Made by a program: the position numbers and the translations under genes. From Octopus sinensis (lineage: Eukaryota): DNA of 64,000 bases. The stretch lies in the NCBI RefSeq assembly GCF_006345805.1, contig NC_042998.1, positions 14,756,001 through 14,820,000 of the forward strand. The letters run 5' to 3'. Positions within the stretch are counted from its first letter, which is position 1. Each line of letters opens with the position of its first letter. This document shows positions 36,055-47,720 of this stretch, in pieces. The notes under the pieces were generated by a model. The model saw nothing but the letters and a program-made list of their open reading frames with translations. It ran no database searches and was not told where the DNA came from.

Positions 36055-36907
36055 TCAGATGTGGTGTGCAAGAGAGACGTTTGCGCTGGTATGGACATGT
36101 GGCGAGAATGGATGAAGATAGTAGTGTGAAAAAGTGCCACACCCTAGCGGTTGAGGGAACCTGTGGAAGAGGCAGACTCAGGAAAACCTGGGACGAGGTG
36201 GTGAAGCATGACCTTCGAACTTTAGGTCTCACTGAGGAAATGACTAGAGACTGAGACCTCTAGAAGTATGCTGTGCATGAGAAGACCCGGCAGGACAACT
36301 GAGACCATAACCCATGGCCTTCTATATGGGATGTAGCCAGTCCACTTATGCATACCTTCCCTTCTTGGGACACAAAACTCTACTTGTGAAGACCTGTTGA
36401 GGCAAGTGAGAATCAGAATCGAAATCGATCAATGGAAATTGCAGCTGAGTTACCAGTGTCGGTGGCATGTAAGAGAACCATCCGAACGTGGCCATTGCCA
36501 GCGCCGCCCTGACTGGCCTCGTGCCGGTGGCACGTAAAAAGCACCATCCGTTCGTGGCCATTGCCAGTGCCGCCCCGACTGGCCTCGTGCAGGTGGCACG
36601 TAAAAAGCACCATCCGTTCGTGGCCGTTGCTAGCCTCACCTGGCCCCCGTGCTGGTGACACATAAAAAGCACCATCCAATCGTGGCCGTTTGCCAGACTT
36701 GTCTGGCACCTGTGCCGGTGGCACGTAAAAAGCACCCACTACACTCATGGAGTGGTTGGTGTTAGGAAGGGCATCCAGCCGTAGAAACATTGCCAGATCA
36801 AACTGGGCCTGGTGCAGCCTTCTGGCTTCCCAGACCCCAGTTGAACTGTCCAACCCATGCTAGCATGGAAAACAGACGTTAAACGATGATGATGATGATG
36901 ATGATGA
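36055..36907 (+). mobile_element. 5'-truncated RTE LINE: ORF C-terminus plus the full family B 3' UTR
   Basis: ERRLRWYGHVARMDEDSSVKKCHTLAVEGTCGRGRLRKTWDEVV, then UTR with five GTGCCGGTGGCAC-type units and (GAT)n; (TA)n on both sides. Shows that family B is an RTE 3' UTR. Confidence 0.88.
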
Positions 36908-36923
36908 TATATATATATATATA

Positions 36924-36964
<41 letters not shown>

Positions 36965-37164
36965 GTGTGTGTGTATATGTATGTATTTACTTATTTATTT
37001 ACATACATGCACACATATGTATTTATGCATGTATAAATGATAAATAAGTTTTAATTCGAGAAGATGAACTGAACAGGCATAATTACAGATCAAAAAGCAG
37101 CCATATGTGTATATGTCTCAGGGCAATCTGCAGTCTTCCCTAAAAGACAGAGAGTGTCTAATGT

Positions 37165-37400
37165 CTTCCTATGTAACAAGTGTAAAATTGGTGGAATCAA
37201 GAGCTTCCTTAATCAGCCATAATTGCCTTGGGTTGGCCATGTCATCAGAATGAGTGACAAAAGAATATCCAAAGTCCTCATGTACAACTAACTTGACGGT
37301 GGGCACAGAATTGTTGGTTGGCCATGGTTCAGATATAAGGACAAGCTGAGGAATAACTTCTCAGTAGTCAACATAGCTCACAACACCACTGAACTAACAA
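37165..37400 (+). mobile_element. RTE/BovB-like LINE C-terminal relic
   Basis: WVGHVIRMSDKRISKVLMYN*LDGGHRIVGWPWFRYKDKLR. Confidence 0.7.
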
Positions 37401-37708
37401 TGGAGATCATTATGTCAAAATGGTATGAGAGACTTTATTTCAACCAGCATTAACAGGTTTAGGGGTGCAAGGCAAAGGAGAAAAGCAGCTACACTGCACC
37501 ATTCTTTTACTGGTTTCAGTGATTTGACTGTGGCCATGCTGGAGCACCACTTTTAGCTGAACAAATCAACCCCAGGACTTATTTTTTGTAAGCCAAGTTC
37601 TTATTCTATCAGTCTCTTTTGCCGAACCACTAAGTTATGAGGGAGGTAATCACACCAACATCGGTGTCAAGCAATGGTGGGTGAACAAGCACAGACACAC
37701 AACACATG

Positions 37709-37767
<59 letters not shown>

Positions 37768-39199
37768 ATTACATACATACGTATATATATATATATATAT
37801 ATATACAAAACATTCAAACACTGAGATATGAAATCAGATGTCACTACTGTTCATATCATCTGTGGATAAATTTTAAAATTGATGACATCAACAGCAACAA
37901 CATAGGTGGATCACAGGTGCAATAGCATTAGATAGCTATGAATTATAAATTTGTACAAAGCGTAAGAATGCTTAACAAACATCCACTTGCTAGAAATAAG
38001 AGCTAAAGTCTTAAATTTTTAACCACCCTATAGTACCAAGATAACAGAGAAAAACAGTATGCGAGTAAAAGAGAAAGGATTAAAACATTTAACAGCACAA
38101 ATAAAAATATTATGCAATTAGGGATATCCATATATATATATATATATAATAACAAATTAATAAATAAAACATATGCATATATACATACATATATGTACGT
38201 ACCTACATCTACATGTATATATACATGCATATATGGGTACAGGACACCAAAAAAACATCGAACACAATGAGAAACGAAAACATAAACACAAAACCAAGGA
38301 AATGGACATTTTTCTTAAACAACGAAGGAAAATTCCCCTTCTTCAGTCGCCTCTGTTTCATCTACTCTGTGTTTCGAAGGTAAAGGTGAGACACGACTTC
38401 TTAAAACATTCCTTCCCACAAAAGGCATGTTAAATAAAATTTGAGATTTTTTTGCGGAGGGGTAAAAATGGTAACAAAAACAGGACAGTAAAGGTAGTAC
38501 AAAATATAAACAGTAAAATACAGGACAAGGAGAATAACAGTAACACAGACATTGAGGGCTGTTAAGCCAAACGAGAGAAAATATTATTACGAACGCTTTT
38601 TGAGAACAGCAGAGAGAGACACAGGAAATATATACATGGGCTTGTTTCAGTTTCTGTCAACCAAATCTACTCACAAGGCCTTGGTCGACCTAAGGATATA
38701 GTAGATGACACTTATCCAAGATATGATCCATTGAACAGTAAAAAACTTAGAGAAATATTAGTTAAAGTATTTGACAAAAAGGAGGATCTAGAAACATATA
38801 ATATGAAAGACTAGAGGAAGTTCATACAAGACAGTCTGAGGGCTATAGCCCTGATGCAAAATTCTAACCAGACCAAGGGTGGTATGATGGTGGAACAGAG
38901 ATGTAGATGGAGCCATAAAAACAATGAGATGTGCCTGAGAAAGTTGGAATAATGGGAGCAGCAGAGAACTGTAACAGGTAGCTAGAAGTGACATTTGGTC
39001 ATAGGTTTATTTAGCAAGGGGAATAGCAGAAAGTAAGAGGTTTGCCTATGTTTTGTAGTATCAGGTGTTCCAGATTGAAGTCAGTGTATCAGAGAAAATT
39101 GAGGTCTTATGGGAAAGAAGTGTGCTTAGATAGATAAAGGTACACTTACACTCAGGGATTAGAAAGAGGTGTGGAAGTGATATTATGAAAGGCTTTTAA

Positions 39200-39419
39200 C
39201 CCTTTCATTACCAAACCGGCTGAAACCGCCCCTGGCTTTGAGTACAAATATCATGTTTTCATAAGTTTTGAAATAAAATCTTTCACCAAACCTTGGTCAC
39301 AATTTATGTTCCTAACACTAGCTTAATGATAACTAAGTTATTTTATTAAATTCTTTGTTATATTTAAAATAATTGAAGGAAACACAGAGCATCTCAAAAT
39401 AAATACAGTAACGAAAGGG
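39200..39419. mobile_element. Family F MITE, opposite orientation to 17334
   Basis: TTAA|CCCTTTCATTA...TAACGAAAGGG|TTAA. Confidence 0.85.
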
Positions 39420-39790
39420 TTAAATATGGAGGATAAATGAGGAAAAGAAGTTTCCCAACAGGGACCCAGCAGAAGGACCAGCTATCCTACTTGACAGTAG
39501 TAATGATTGGGAAAGCAATTAAGGATATGAAGGTAAGGAAAATTCCTAGGCCATTCAAAATTGCTGTTGAGATGCTTAAAATTTCTGGTAAATTAGGACA
39601 TAGCCAAGTAACCCACATAGCTAAATAGATTGTACAGTAATGTGCCACATTTAATGACTGGCATAGCTGTATCATAATCAATTATTACAAGGGTAAAGAG
39701 ATGGCAAAAAACAAAGAAATTGCAGTAATATCAAACTGCTAGATCAGGTCATGAAAGTTACAGAAAAAGTCATAGTTTGATTATTTAGAG

Positions 39791-40004
39791 CAGTGCTTTT
39801 CAAACTTTTTGCTGGAGCGGAACCCCAAGGAAACATTCCACTGGCTCGAGGAACCCCTGTGCAATAATTTAATAGTCTTATGCACACATATCTGCACAGG
39901 AGAATTAAAAATTACTGCTGATTTTAGCAGTTTTGTAACTTCTTGCGGAACCCCTGGACTGTACTGGCGGAACCCTAAGGTTGAACCCTGGTTGAAAACC
40001 ACTG
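39791..40004. mobile_element. hAT (Charlie/Buster-type) MITE with 8-bp TSD
   Basis: ATTTAGAG at 39783-39790 and 40005-40012; TIR CAGTGCTTTTCAA / TTGAAAACCACTG. Confidence 0.88.
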
Positions 40005-40295
40005 ATTTAGAGAGTTAGATTAGAGAAGATGCAGCTTAGTTTCATCTGGGAGAAAAGTACTACAGATGCTTTATTCCTGGTGAGACCATTGAAGAAGTAC
40101 CCGGTCCTTGTAATGGAGAAAGCTTTTAACTAGGTTGCTTGCTCTGTAGGCTGGTGGTCATTGACAAAGCTAAGGTTAGACAAATGACTTGTAAGAGCTG
40201 AACAAAACATGTGCAGATGTGCTCTCAATAAGGTCAGAATCAACAGCGAGTACAGTGGCTCATTTTGTGAGTGGTTAGGAGTTCATCAGGGCTCA

Positions 40296-40807
40296 AAGGG
40301 TATGGCCTGGTCAGCCTGTAATGACATGCATAAGATCTGGTCATCAAATCTAAGTAGAGACTTCAAACTTGAAATCTTCAAAGCCACAGTCGAACCAATT
40401 CTACTATATGGCTCAGAAACCTGGACGTTATCAAAGAAGCTTGAGAGGTGGTTGGATGGAACCTACACTCGCCTCCTTATGAGAGCTCAAAATCTCTCGT
40501 GGAAGCGTCATCCAACCAAAATGCAAATATATGGGAAACTACCACCTGTGTCATCTCTTCTGAAAGGTAGGAGAGTCCAGTTTGCTGGACATTGTTGTAG
40601 AGCTGAAAACGAGGTAATTTCTACTCTTCTCCTCTGGAAGCCATCTGCTCGCGATACCAGAGGGCGCACACTCTCCTACCCTGATGTAATCTCCAGGGAT
40701 ACAGGCATCCAGCAACAGGACCTCCGTAATGCCATGATGGACCGTGAAGTCTGGCGTAGCATGGTAAATTTCATTGTCTCGACCACGGTCGAACAATGAT
40801 GATGATG
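40296..40807 (+). mobile_element. Young 5'-truncated RTE-clade LINE, open frame to its stop, no 3' UTR
   Basis: Uninterrupted IFKATVEPILLYGSETWTL...RRVQFAGHC...MMDREVWR...EQ*, (TGA)n tail, TSD AGGGCTCA at 40288-40295 and 40808-40815. Confidence 0.9.
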
Positions 40808-41360
40808 AGGGCTCACTTCTCAGTCCCTTCCTATTCTTTTGAGTCCTTCATGCTATAACAAAGGAGTTTAAAACTGGTTGACCATGGAAACTCCTATATG
40901 CTCATGATCTTGTTCTCATAGCTAAATTGATAGAATTAGGAGCTGGCAGAAACGTTAGCATGTCGGGCGAAATGCTTAGTGGTATTTTGTCTGCCTTACG
41001 TTCTGAGTTCAAATTCCGCTGAGGTCGACTTTGCCTTTCATCCTTTCAGGATCGATAAATTAAGTTGATATAATCAACTTAATTCCCTTGTCTATCCTTG
41101 TTTCTTCCCCTTGTAGGCAATAAAGAAATAAGAATTGGAATGGAAATTCTGGATTAGGAAGCTAAATCTGGAATTAAAGGGGTTTAACCCTTTAGCATTC
41201 ACATTATTCTGTCAAATGTAAGGCTTATTTATTTTCATTGTTTTTAATTAATCTGCTTTATCATGTAGTTTTGAAAATTTGATGAGGTAACTTAATTTTT
41301 AGAATGATATTTTTAGGTTTGTATGAGAGGCTAGATCTGGCAGGTCTGATCATAAAACAT

Positions 41361-41715
41361 ACTCTCTTTTAGTTGTTTCAGTCATTTGACTGTGACCATG
41401 CTGGAGCACCACCTTTAGTCAAGCAAATCGATCCCAGGACTTATTCTATCGGTCTCTTTTGCCGAACCGCTAAGTTACGGGTGACATAAACACTCCAGCA
41501 TCGGTTGTCAAGCGATGTTGGTGGAACAAACACACATATATATACATATATATGGCGGGCTTCTTTCAGTTTCCGTTTACCAAATCCACTCACAAGGCCT
41601 TGGTCAGCCCGAGGCTATAGTAGAAGACACTTGCACAAGGTGCCACACAGTGGGACTGAACCCGGAACCACGTGGTTGGTAAGCAAGCTACTTACCACAC
41701 AGCCACTCCTGCACC
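41361..41715 (-). mobile_element. SINE family A
   Basis: Reverse-complement copy with a short internal deletion. Confidence 0.85.
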
Positions 41716-41753
41716 TGTGGAATATTTTGGTCAGATATGGCAGTTTAAATGCT

Positions 41754-42112
41754 AATCATCATCATCATCATCGTTTAACGTCCGTTTTCTGCGCTAGCAC
41801 CAGGCTCCAGTCTGATCTGACAGTGTTTCTACAGCTGGATGCCCTTCCTAACGCCAATCACTCTGTGAGTGTAGTGGGTGCTTTTTACGTGCCACCGGCA
41901 CAGGTGCCAGGGGTGTCTGGCAGCGGCCACAATCGGTTGGTGCTTTTAATGTGCCACCAGCACGGAAGCCAGACAAGGCGGAGCTGGCATCGGCCACGTT
42001 CAGATGGTGCTTTTTACATGCCACCGACACAGGTATCACAACTACTAATTCCATTGATATTTATTTCGATGTTCATGTACTTGACTCAATAGGTCTCCTC
42101 AAGCACAGCGGG
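41754..42112 (-). mobile_element. Family B (RTE 3' UTR), internally deleted
   Basis: (CAT)n tail, GGATGCCCTTCC block and hairpin units. Confidence 0.8.
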
Positions 42113-42493
42113 TTATCCAATTAGCTTAGGAACAGGATGTTCTGAGAGTATAGTTGTTAGAATATGAACAACGTTGTATGGTGCTTGTATAGATGGTGGA
42201 TCCTAAACACAGAGGGCAGGCAAAGATTAGAAAATGAGGCAGAGGGCATCATTCTATTGATTGTGCGATATAAGTATGCATGAACAAAGAAATAGCAAAC
42301 ACCATAGTGTTAGTCTATAGGAGAGCAGACAGTACTCTCCTTCCATCTGGGAAACAACCGTACTTAATATATAGAAAAGGAGAAGACTGAAATTGCATAT
42401 GGTATATCTAATGCAAACTAGGGACACACAATGCATGCAGGTTAACAAATAGATGCACATATCTATAAACACTAAGAGCACGAGGGAAATATA

Positions 42494-42894
42494 GGCGCAG
42501 GAGTGGCTGTGTGGTAAGTAGCTTGTTTACCAACCACATGGTTCCGGGTTCAGTCCCACTGTGTGGCACCTTGTGCAAATGTCTTCTACTATAGCCTCGG
42601 GCCGACCAAAGCCTTGTGAGTGGATTTGGTAGGCGGAAACTGAAAGAAGCCCGTCGTATATATGTATATATATATATGCATGTGTGTGTTTGACCCCTAG
42701 CATTGCTTGACAACCGATGCTGGTGTGTTTATGTCCCCGTTACTTAGCGGTTCGGCAAAAGAGACCGATAGAATAAGTACTGGGCTTACAAAAAGAATAA
42801 GTCCCGGGGTCGAGTTGCTCGATTAAAGGCGGTGCTCCAGCATGGCTGCAGTCAAATGACTGAAACAAGTAAAAGAGTAAAAGAGTAAAGAGTA
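42494..42894 (+). mobile_element. SINE family A, full-length
   Basis: Complete head to tail. Confidence 0.9.
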
Positions 42895-43364
42895 TACTTT
42901 CTCAAAGACCTAGGAGGATCCCTTGAGGTAGTGGATAGCTTCTGTTACCAAGGTGACCCAATTAGCTTCGGAACAAGGTGTTCTGAGAGTATAGTTGTTA
43001 GAATAAAAACAAGGTTGTATGGTGCTTGTATACATGGCTGTGGGTCCTGAACAACAGAGGGCAGGCAAAGATTAGAAAATTATGTAGAGGGCATCATTCT
43101 ATTGAATGTGTAATGGAAGTATGCATGAACAAAGAAGAAATGTGTTGAGAGAAAAATTAGACATAAGGGGTATAATATGCAGCATGCAAAAGGGAGGGAG
43201 ACCCAGAAAGACTTCTTTTCATTAATGCCATGACTTTTGTGGTAACAATGTCCCTTCGAATATCACAAACAAAATGAAGAGATATGTGAAAAAATTCCCA
43301 GTACCACGATGGAAGATCTCAGGAAATGTGTTTCATTTGCCAAAAGACTATCGTAAGCTTAATA

Positions 43365-43729
43365 TACTCTTTGACTTGTTTCAGTCATTTGACTGCGGCC
43401 ATGCTGGAGCACCGTTTCTAGTCGAGTAAATCGACTCCAGGACTTATTCTTTGTAAGCCTAGTACTTATTCTACCGGTCTCTTTAGCCGAACCGCTAAGT
43501 GATGGGGACGTAAACACACCAGCATCGGTTGTCAAGCAATGCTAGGGGGACAAACACATACATATACGACAGGCTTCTTTCAGTTTCCGTCTACCAAATC
43601 CACTCACAAGGCATTGGTTGACCCGGGGCTATAGCAGAAGACACTTGCCCAAGATGTCACGCAGTGGGACTGAACACGGAACCATGTGGTTGGTTAGCAA
43701 GCTACTTACCACACAGCCACTCCTGCGCC
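43365..43729 (-). mobile_element. SINE family A, full-length
   Basis: Complete reverse-complement copy. Confidence 0.88.
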
Positions 43730-44288
43730 TAATATGATGAAGTGTGTTTTTGAAGGCATCCAAGCTGTTCTATGTGGAGGTGTAGAAGTCGTACATGGCT
43801 TAAAATTTGAGGGTTGAAATGCAAAGAGATGAAAAAATCAGAATGCAAAAAGCTTCAAAGTCTGAAAGCTCAGAATAACAAATTCTGAAATGCTTTAAGA
43901 CAAAAAAAATTAGTATTATAGGGACAAGAAAAATTATTATTATAAAATAGGGAGAGCGGATCTCTAGTCACCGAACCCCAGGAGGAGATGTCAAAGGACC
44001 AAAATAACTGGTGATAGGCAGTGCTAGAGAAGACTAAACCGTCTTGTTGAATGAGGTTCCAGAAGCACAATCTATATATATATATTTGTTTGGATTAACT
44101 TTATATATATATATATACAAATTGTGATAGGGGTTGTAAATGCAACCCTCCAGGGATAACATATATCCAATATACTGCTAGTGAAGTACCCAACAAAGTT
44201 AATACATAAATGTTAATGATTGCGATGCAATCAATTCATTTACTGTATTATATGGGCAAAGGTAAAATGATTTACCACAAATTACTAA

Positions 44289-44490
44289 TACAAGATAAGA
44301 AAATGGAGAAATACATCTAAATCAAATATCAATTACCAGATAATACTCAATCACATACTTTATTAAACCACTACATAAGAGGCCTGAACCCTACAGTCTC
44401 TTATGTGGTGGTTTAATAAAGTATGTGATTGAGTATTATCTGGTAATTGATATTTGATTTAGATGTATTTCTCCATTTTCTTATCTTGTA
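44289..44490. repeat. Near-perfect hairpin: 93-bp arms, 16-nt loop
   Basis: 44289-44381 is the reverse complement of 44398-44490 with one mismatch. Confidence 0.92.
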
Positions 44491-44519
44491 TATATATATA
44501 TATATCTATATATACACAG

Positions 44520-44922
44520 GATCAGAATCGAAATCGATCAATGGAAATCGATCAATGGAAATTGCAGATGTGTTACCAGTGCCGGTGGCATGTAAGAGAA
44601 CTTTCCGTTTCGCGACCGTTGCCAGCACCGCCCCGTTTCGTGTCCGTTGCCAGCCTCGCCTGGCCCTCGTGCCGGTGGCACATAAAAAGCACCATCCGTT
44701 CGTGGCCGTTTGCCAGCTCTGTCTGGCACCAGTGAGGGTGGCACGTAAAAAGCACCCACTACACTCACGGAGTGGTTGGCGTTAGGAAGGGCATCCAGCC
44801 GTAGAAACACTGCCAGATTTGACAGGGCCTGATGAAGCCTTCTGGCTTCACAGACCCCAGTAGAACCGTCCAACCCATGCTAGCATGGAAAACGGACGCT
44901 AAATGATGATGATGATGATGAT
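44520..44922 (+). mobile_element. Family B (RTE 3' UTR)
   Basis: Hairpin units, GGAAGGGCATCC block, (GAT)n tail. Confidence 0.85.
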
Positions 44923-45444
44923 ACACAATGGGGCCTCTTGCTCAAGCTTTATCCACCACCCATCACCTACTTAACCAATTTTGTTGCCGCAACAAAATGT
45001 GAGCAGAACAGCATACTTCATATTCTTCTCTGTGTGTGATTGTTATTTCATATCTCCTTGTGTCTACACTTGGGATTTGCTCATTGTTTGTTAAAATTTT
45101 TTAAAAGGCAGGTTTTTGTTGTCGTTTGTTTCTTCTTGTCCACAAAAGCACGTCTGGAGATGTTATTTTTGTTTGACTGACAGGTAGATTATTACGTCAC
45201 CTGGAAAAAAAATGGGACGAGGCGATTAGAAGGGTATCTGGACATAGAGATCTCTATTTCGACCCATGCAAGCAGCGAAAAAATAGACGTTAAAACGATT
45301 ATCCTATACATACATAGGCACACACACTATATATATATATAAAATCGCACACACATACATAAATATTATTTAATACATATTGCATATATGTATACATAAA
45401 TATAAATACATATACACATATATAGATCCCATATATATATACAT

Positions 45445-45552
45445 ATACACATAATATGTATATAAATATACACATAATATATATATATATATATGTACAC
45501 ATAATATGTATATAAATATACACATAATATGTATATAAATATACACATAATA

Positions 45553-45583
<31 letters not shown>

Positions 45584-45700
45584 ATATGTATATAAATATA
45601 CACATAATATGTATATAAATATACACATAATAATATATATATATATATATATATACACATAATATGTTTATAAATATACACATAATGTATATATACATAT
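45445..45700. repeat. AT-rich minisatellite, ~23-bp unit ACACATAATATGTATATAAATAT interleaved with (TA)n
   Basis: Read directly. Confidence 0.85.
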
Positions 45701-45959
45701 ACATACTGTACATACATATACATACACTGAGAAAACGTAGTTCTACGTTGTTAGAGCCTTAATTTTGTTACTTCCCCCTCAATAAACCTCTCTTATGTTG
45801 TTTAATAATCTCCTTTTCTCACTACGCAGTCATTCCGTCTCTTCTCCTCCTCCTCCCCCTCCCCATTTTTCCCTCGCTCACTCTCTCATAGCACTACTTC
45901 CTATCTCTGTCTTACTCTCTCACAAAGCATTACAAATCACTCCGTTATCTCTCTCTCTC

Positions 45960-46480
45960 TTTGAAGCTCCTCACTCATCCCGCTTTCTCTCTTTCTTTTA
46001 TTCCCTCCCTCTCTTTCATTTATTACCTTCTATTTTTCCTCCCTCCCTCTCTCATAGCATTACTCTCTATCTATCTCTGTTTCACTCTCTCACAGAGCAT
46101 TAGAAATCACTCCGTTATCTCTCTCTGTCTGTCTTTCTCTTCGCAGCTCCTCACTCATCCTGCTTTCTCTCTTTCTTTTTATTCCCTTCCCTCTCTTTCA
46201 TTTATATTACCTTCTACTTTTTCCTCCTTCCTCTCTCTGTCTTTCTTCGCAGCTCCTCACTCATCCCGCTTTATCTCTTTCTTTTTATTACCTCCCTCTC
46301 TTTCATTTACATTACCTTCTATTTTTCCCTCCTTCCTTCCTTTCTCTCTGTGTGTGTGTGTGTCTCTCTCTCTGTGTCTTTCTTCGCAGCTCCTCACTCT
46401 CCCTCTCTTTCACTTATATTACCTTCTCTTTTGTGCCTCCTTCCTTCCTTTCTCTCTCTCTCTCTCTCTCCTTATCTGTC
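45960..46480. repeat. Degenerate pyrimidine-rich tandem repeat, four units
   Basis: AGCTCCTCACTC anchors at about 45965, 46145, 46250 and 46388. Confidence 0.8.
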
Positions 46481-46514
46481 TATCTCTCTCTCTTTTTTTT
46501 TTTTTCAAAAATCT

Positions 46515-46600
46515 TTTTCCGGTGTCTACGTCACTTCCGCCGCCATCACCTTAGTAGTCGCCGCCTAGTTTCTACTATGGAGTATCCATTCGACGGGGTA
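46515..46600. promoter_or_regulatory. CpG-rich promoter-like cluster (ETS, CRE half-site, YY1-like)
   Basis: TTTCCGG, TACGTCA, CACTTCCG and GCCGCCAT overlap within ~32 bp in otherwise CpG-poor DNA. Confidence 0.45.
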
Positions 46601-47115
46601 ACAGATTTTTATTCATTTATAACATCACTTTAATCTCACCTCTTTTTTTCCAACCCTCTCTGTCTCCTTGCTTACACCGATCAATTCCATAATAACCAAA
46701 TTATATCCATCACCGTTGCCATTTCTCCAAAGAAAATCACAAAAACCCGAGCAGCTTCCACAAGCTTCCCACCATTATTACAACCATTCCCATTATACAT
46801 CCACAGCTTAAGACGTGTATATAACACGTATATATACATATATACACTCAACTATCGTTTGCCTTGATGGCTTAATCCATATACTGTCTTCTCATGGCAG
46901 TCAGAGTCAAATATTTATATAAATCTATATACATCAGATACTTCAATATACACACAGCCTTCTTCTTCTTATATATATAAAAGAAAAAAAAAATGGTGAA
47001 CTGTTTAAATACTAACAACCTTTAAAATTTGAAAAATTCTCTCCATATGAAAGAAACCAATTGGTTTTAACACTTCATATCTTTTGTTACTAATATATAT
47101 AGTTACTTAATGTAA

Positions 47116-47720
47116 ATTCTAAGTTATATATATATTTATAAGTTATATATTTAAATATATATATATTCTAATTATATATATATATATATATATATTCTAA
47201 GTTATATTATATTATATATATATATATAATATATATTCTAAGTTAAATATATATATATTCTAAGTTATATATATATATATATTATAAGTTTTATATATAT
47301 ATATTATAAGTTATATATATCTATATATATTCTAAGTTATATATTTATATATATATATTCTAAGTTATATATATATATATATATCTAAGTTATATATTTA
47401 TATATATATTCTAAGTTATATATTTATATATATATATATCTAAGTTATATATTTATATATATATATATTCTAAGTTATATATTTATATATATATATATAT
47501 TCTAAGTTATATATTTATATATATATATATTCTAAGTTATATATTTATATATATATATATTCTAAGTTATATATTTATATATATATATATTCTAAGTTAT
47601 ATATTTATATATATATATTCTAAGTTATATATTTATTCTAAGTTATATATATATTATATATATATATTCCAAGTTATATATATATAATATTCTATATATT
47701 CTAAGTTTATATATATATAA
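47116..47720. repeat. TTCTAAGT(TA)n minisatellite, ~28-32 bp period
   Basis: About 20 (T)AAGT-anchored units separated by variable TA runs. Confidence 0.9.

Larger units (their letters stand above)
39500..40930 (+). mobile_element. Old RTE reverse transcriptase relic hosting two younger insertions
   Basis: KAIKDMKVRKIPRPFKIAVEMLKISG, STTDALFLVR and GVHQGS|LLSPFLF segments. Confidence 0.72.

Noticed and set aside
36700-36790. Twister ribozyme upstream of the GGAAGGGCATCC block
   Set aside because: GCCGGT and TAAAA are present, but the GGTCCCAAGCCC core and pseudoknot partners are absent.
38310-38385. Minus-strand CTGAAGA and CGAAAC as a type II hammerhead
   Set aside because: Stem I cannot form and stem II is poor.
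40209-40799. 196-aa ORF as a host gene
   Set aside because: It is a chimera of an old RTE relic and the TSD-flanked LINE 3' end.
44830-44860. CTGATGA followed by a hairpin
   Set aside because: No GAAA or cleavage site follows; it is a point variant of the family B CTGGTGCAGCC segment.
46577-46633. MEYPFD resembles the ATAT1 N-terminus (MEFPFD)
   Set aside because: Similarity stops after six residues and no further ATAT1 exons are visible.
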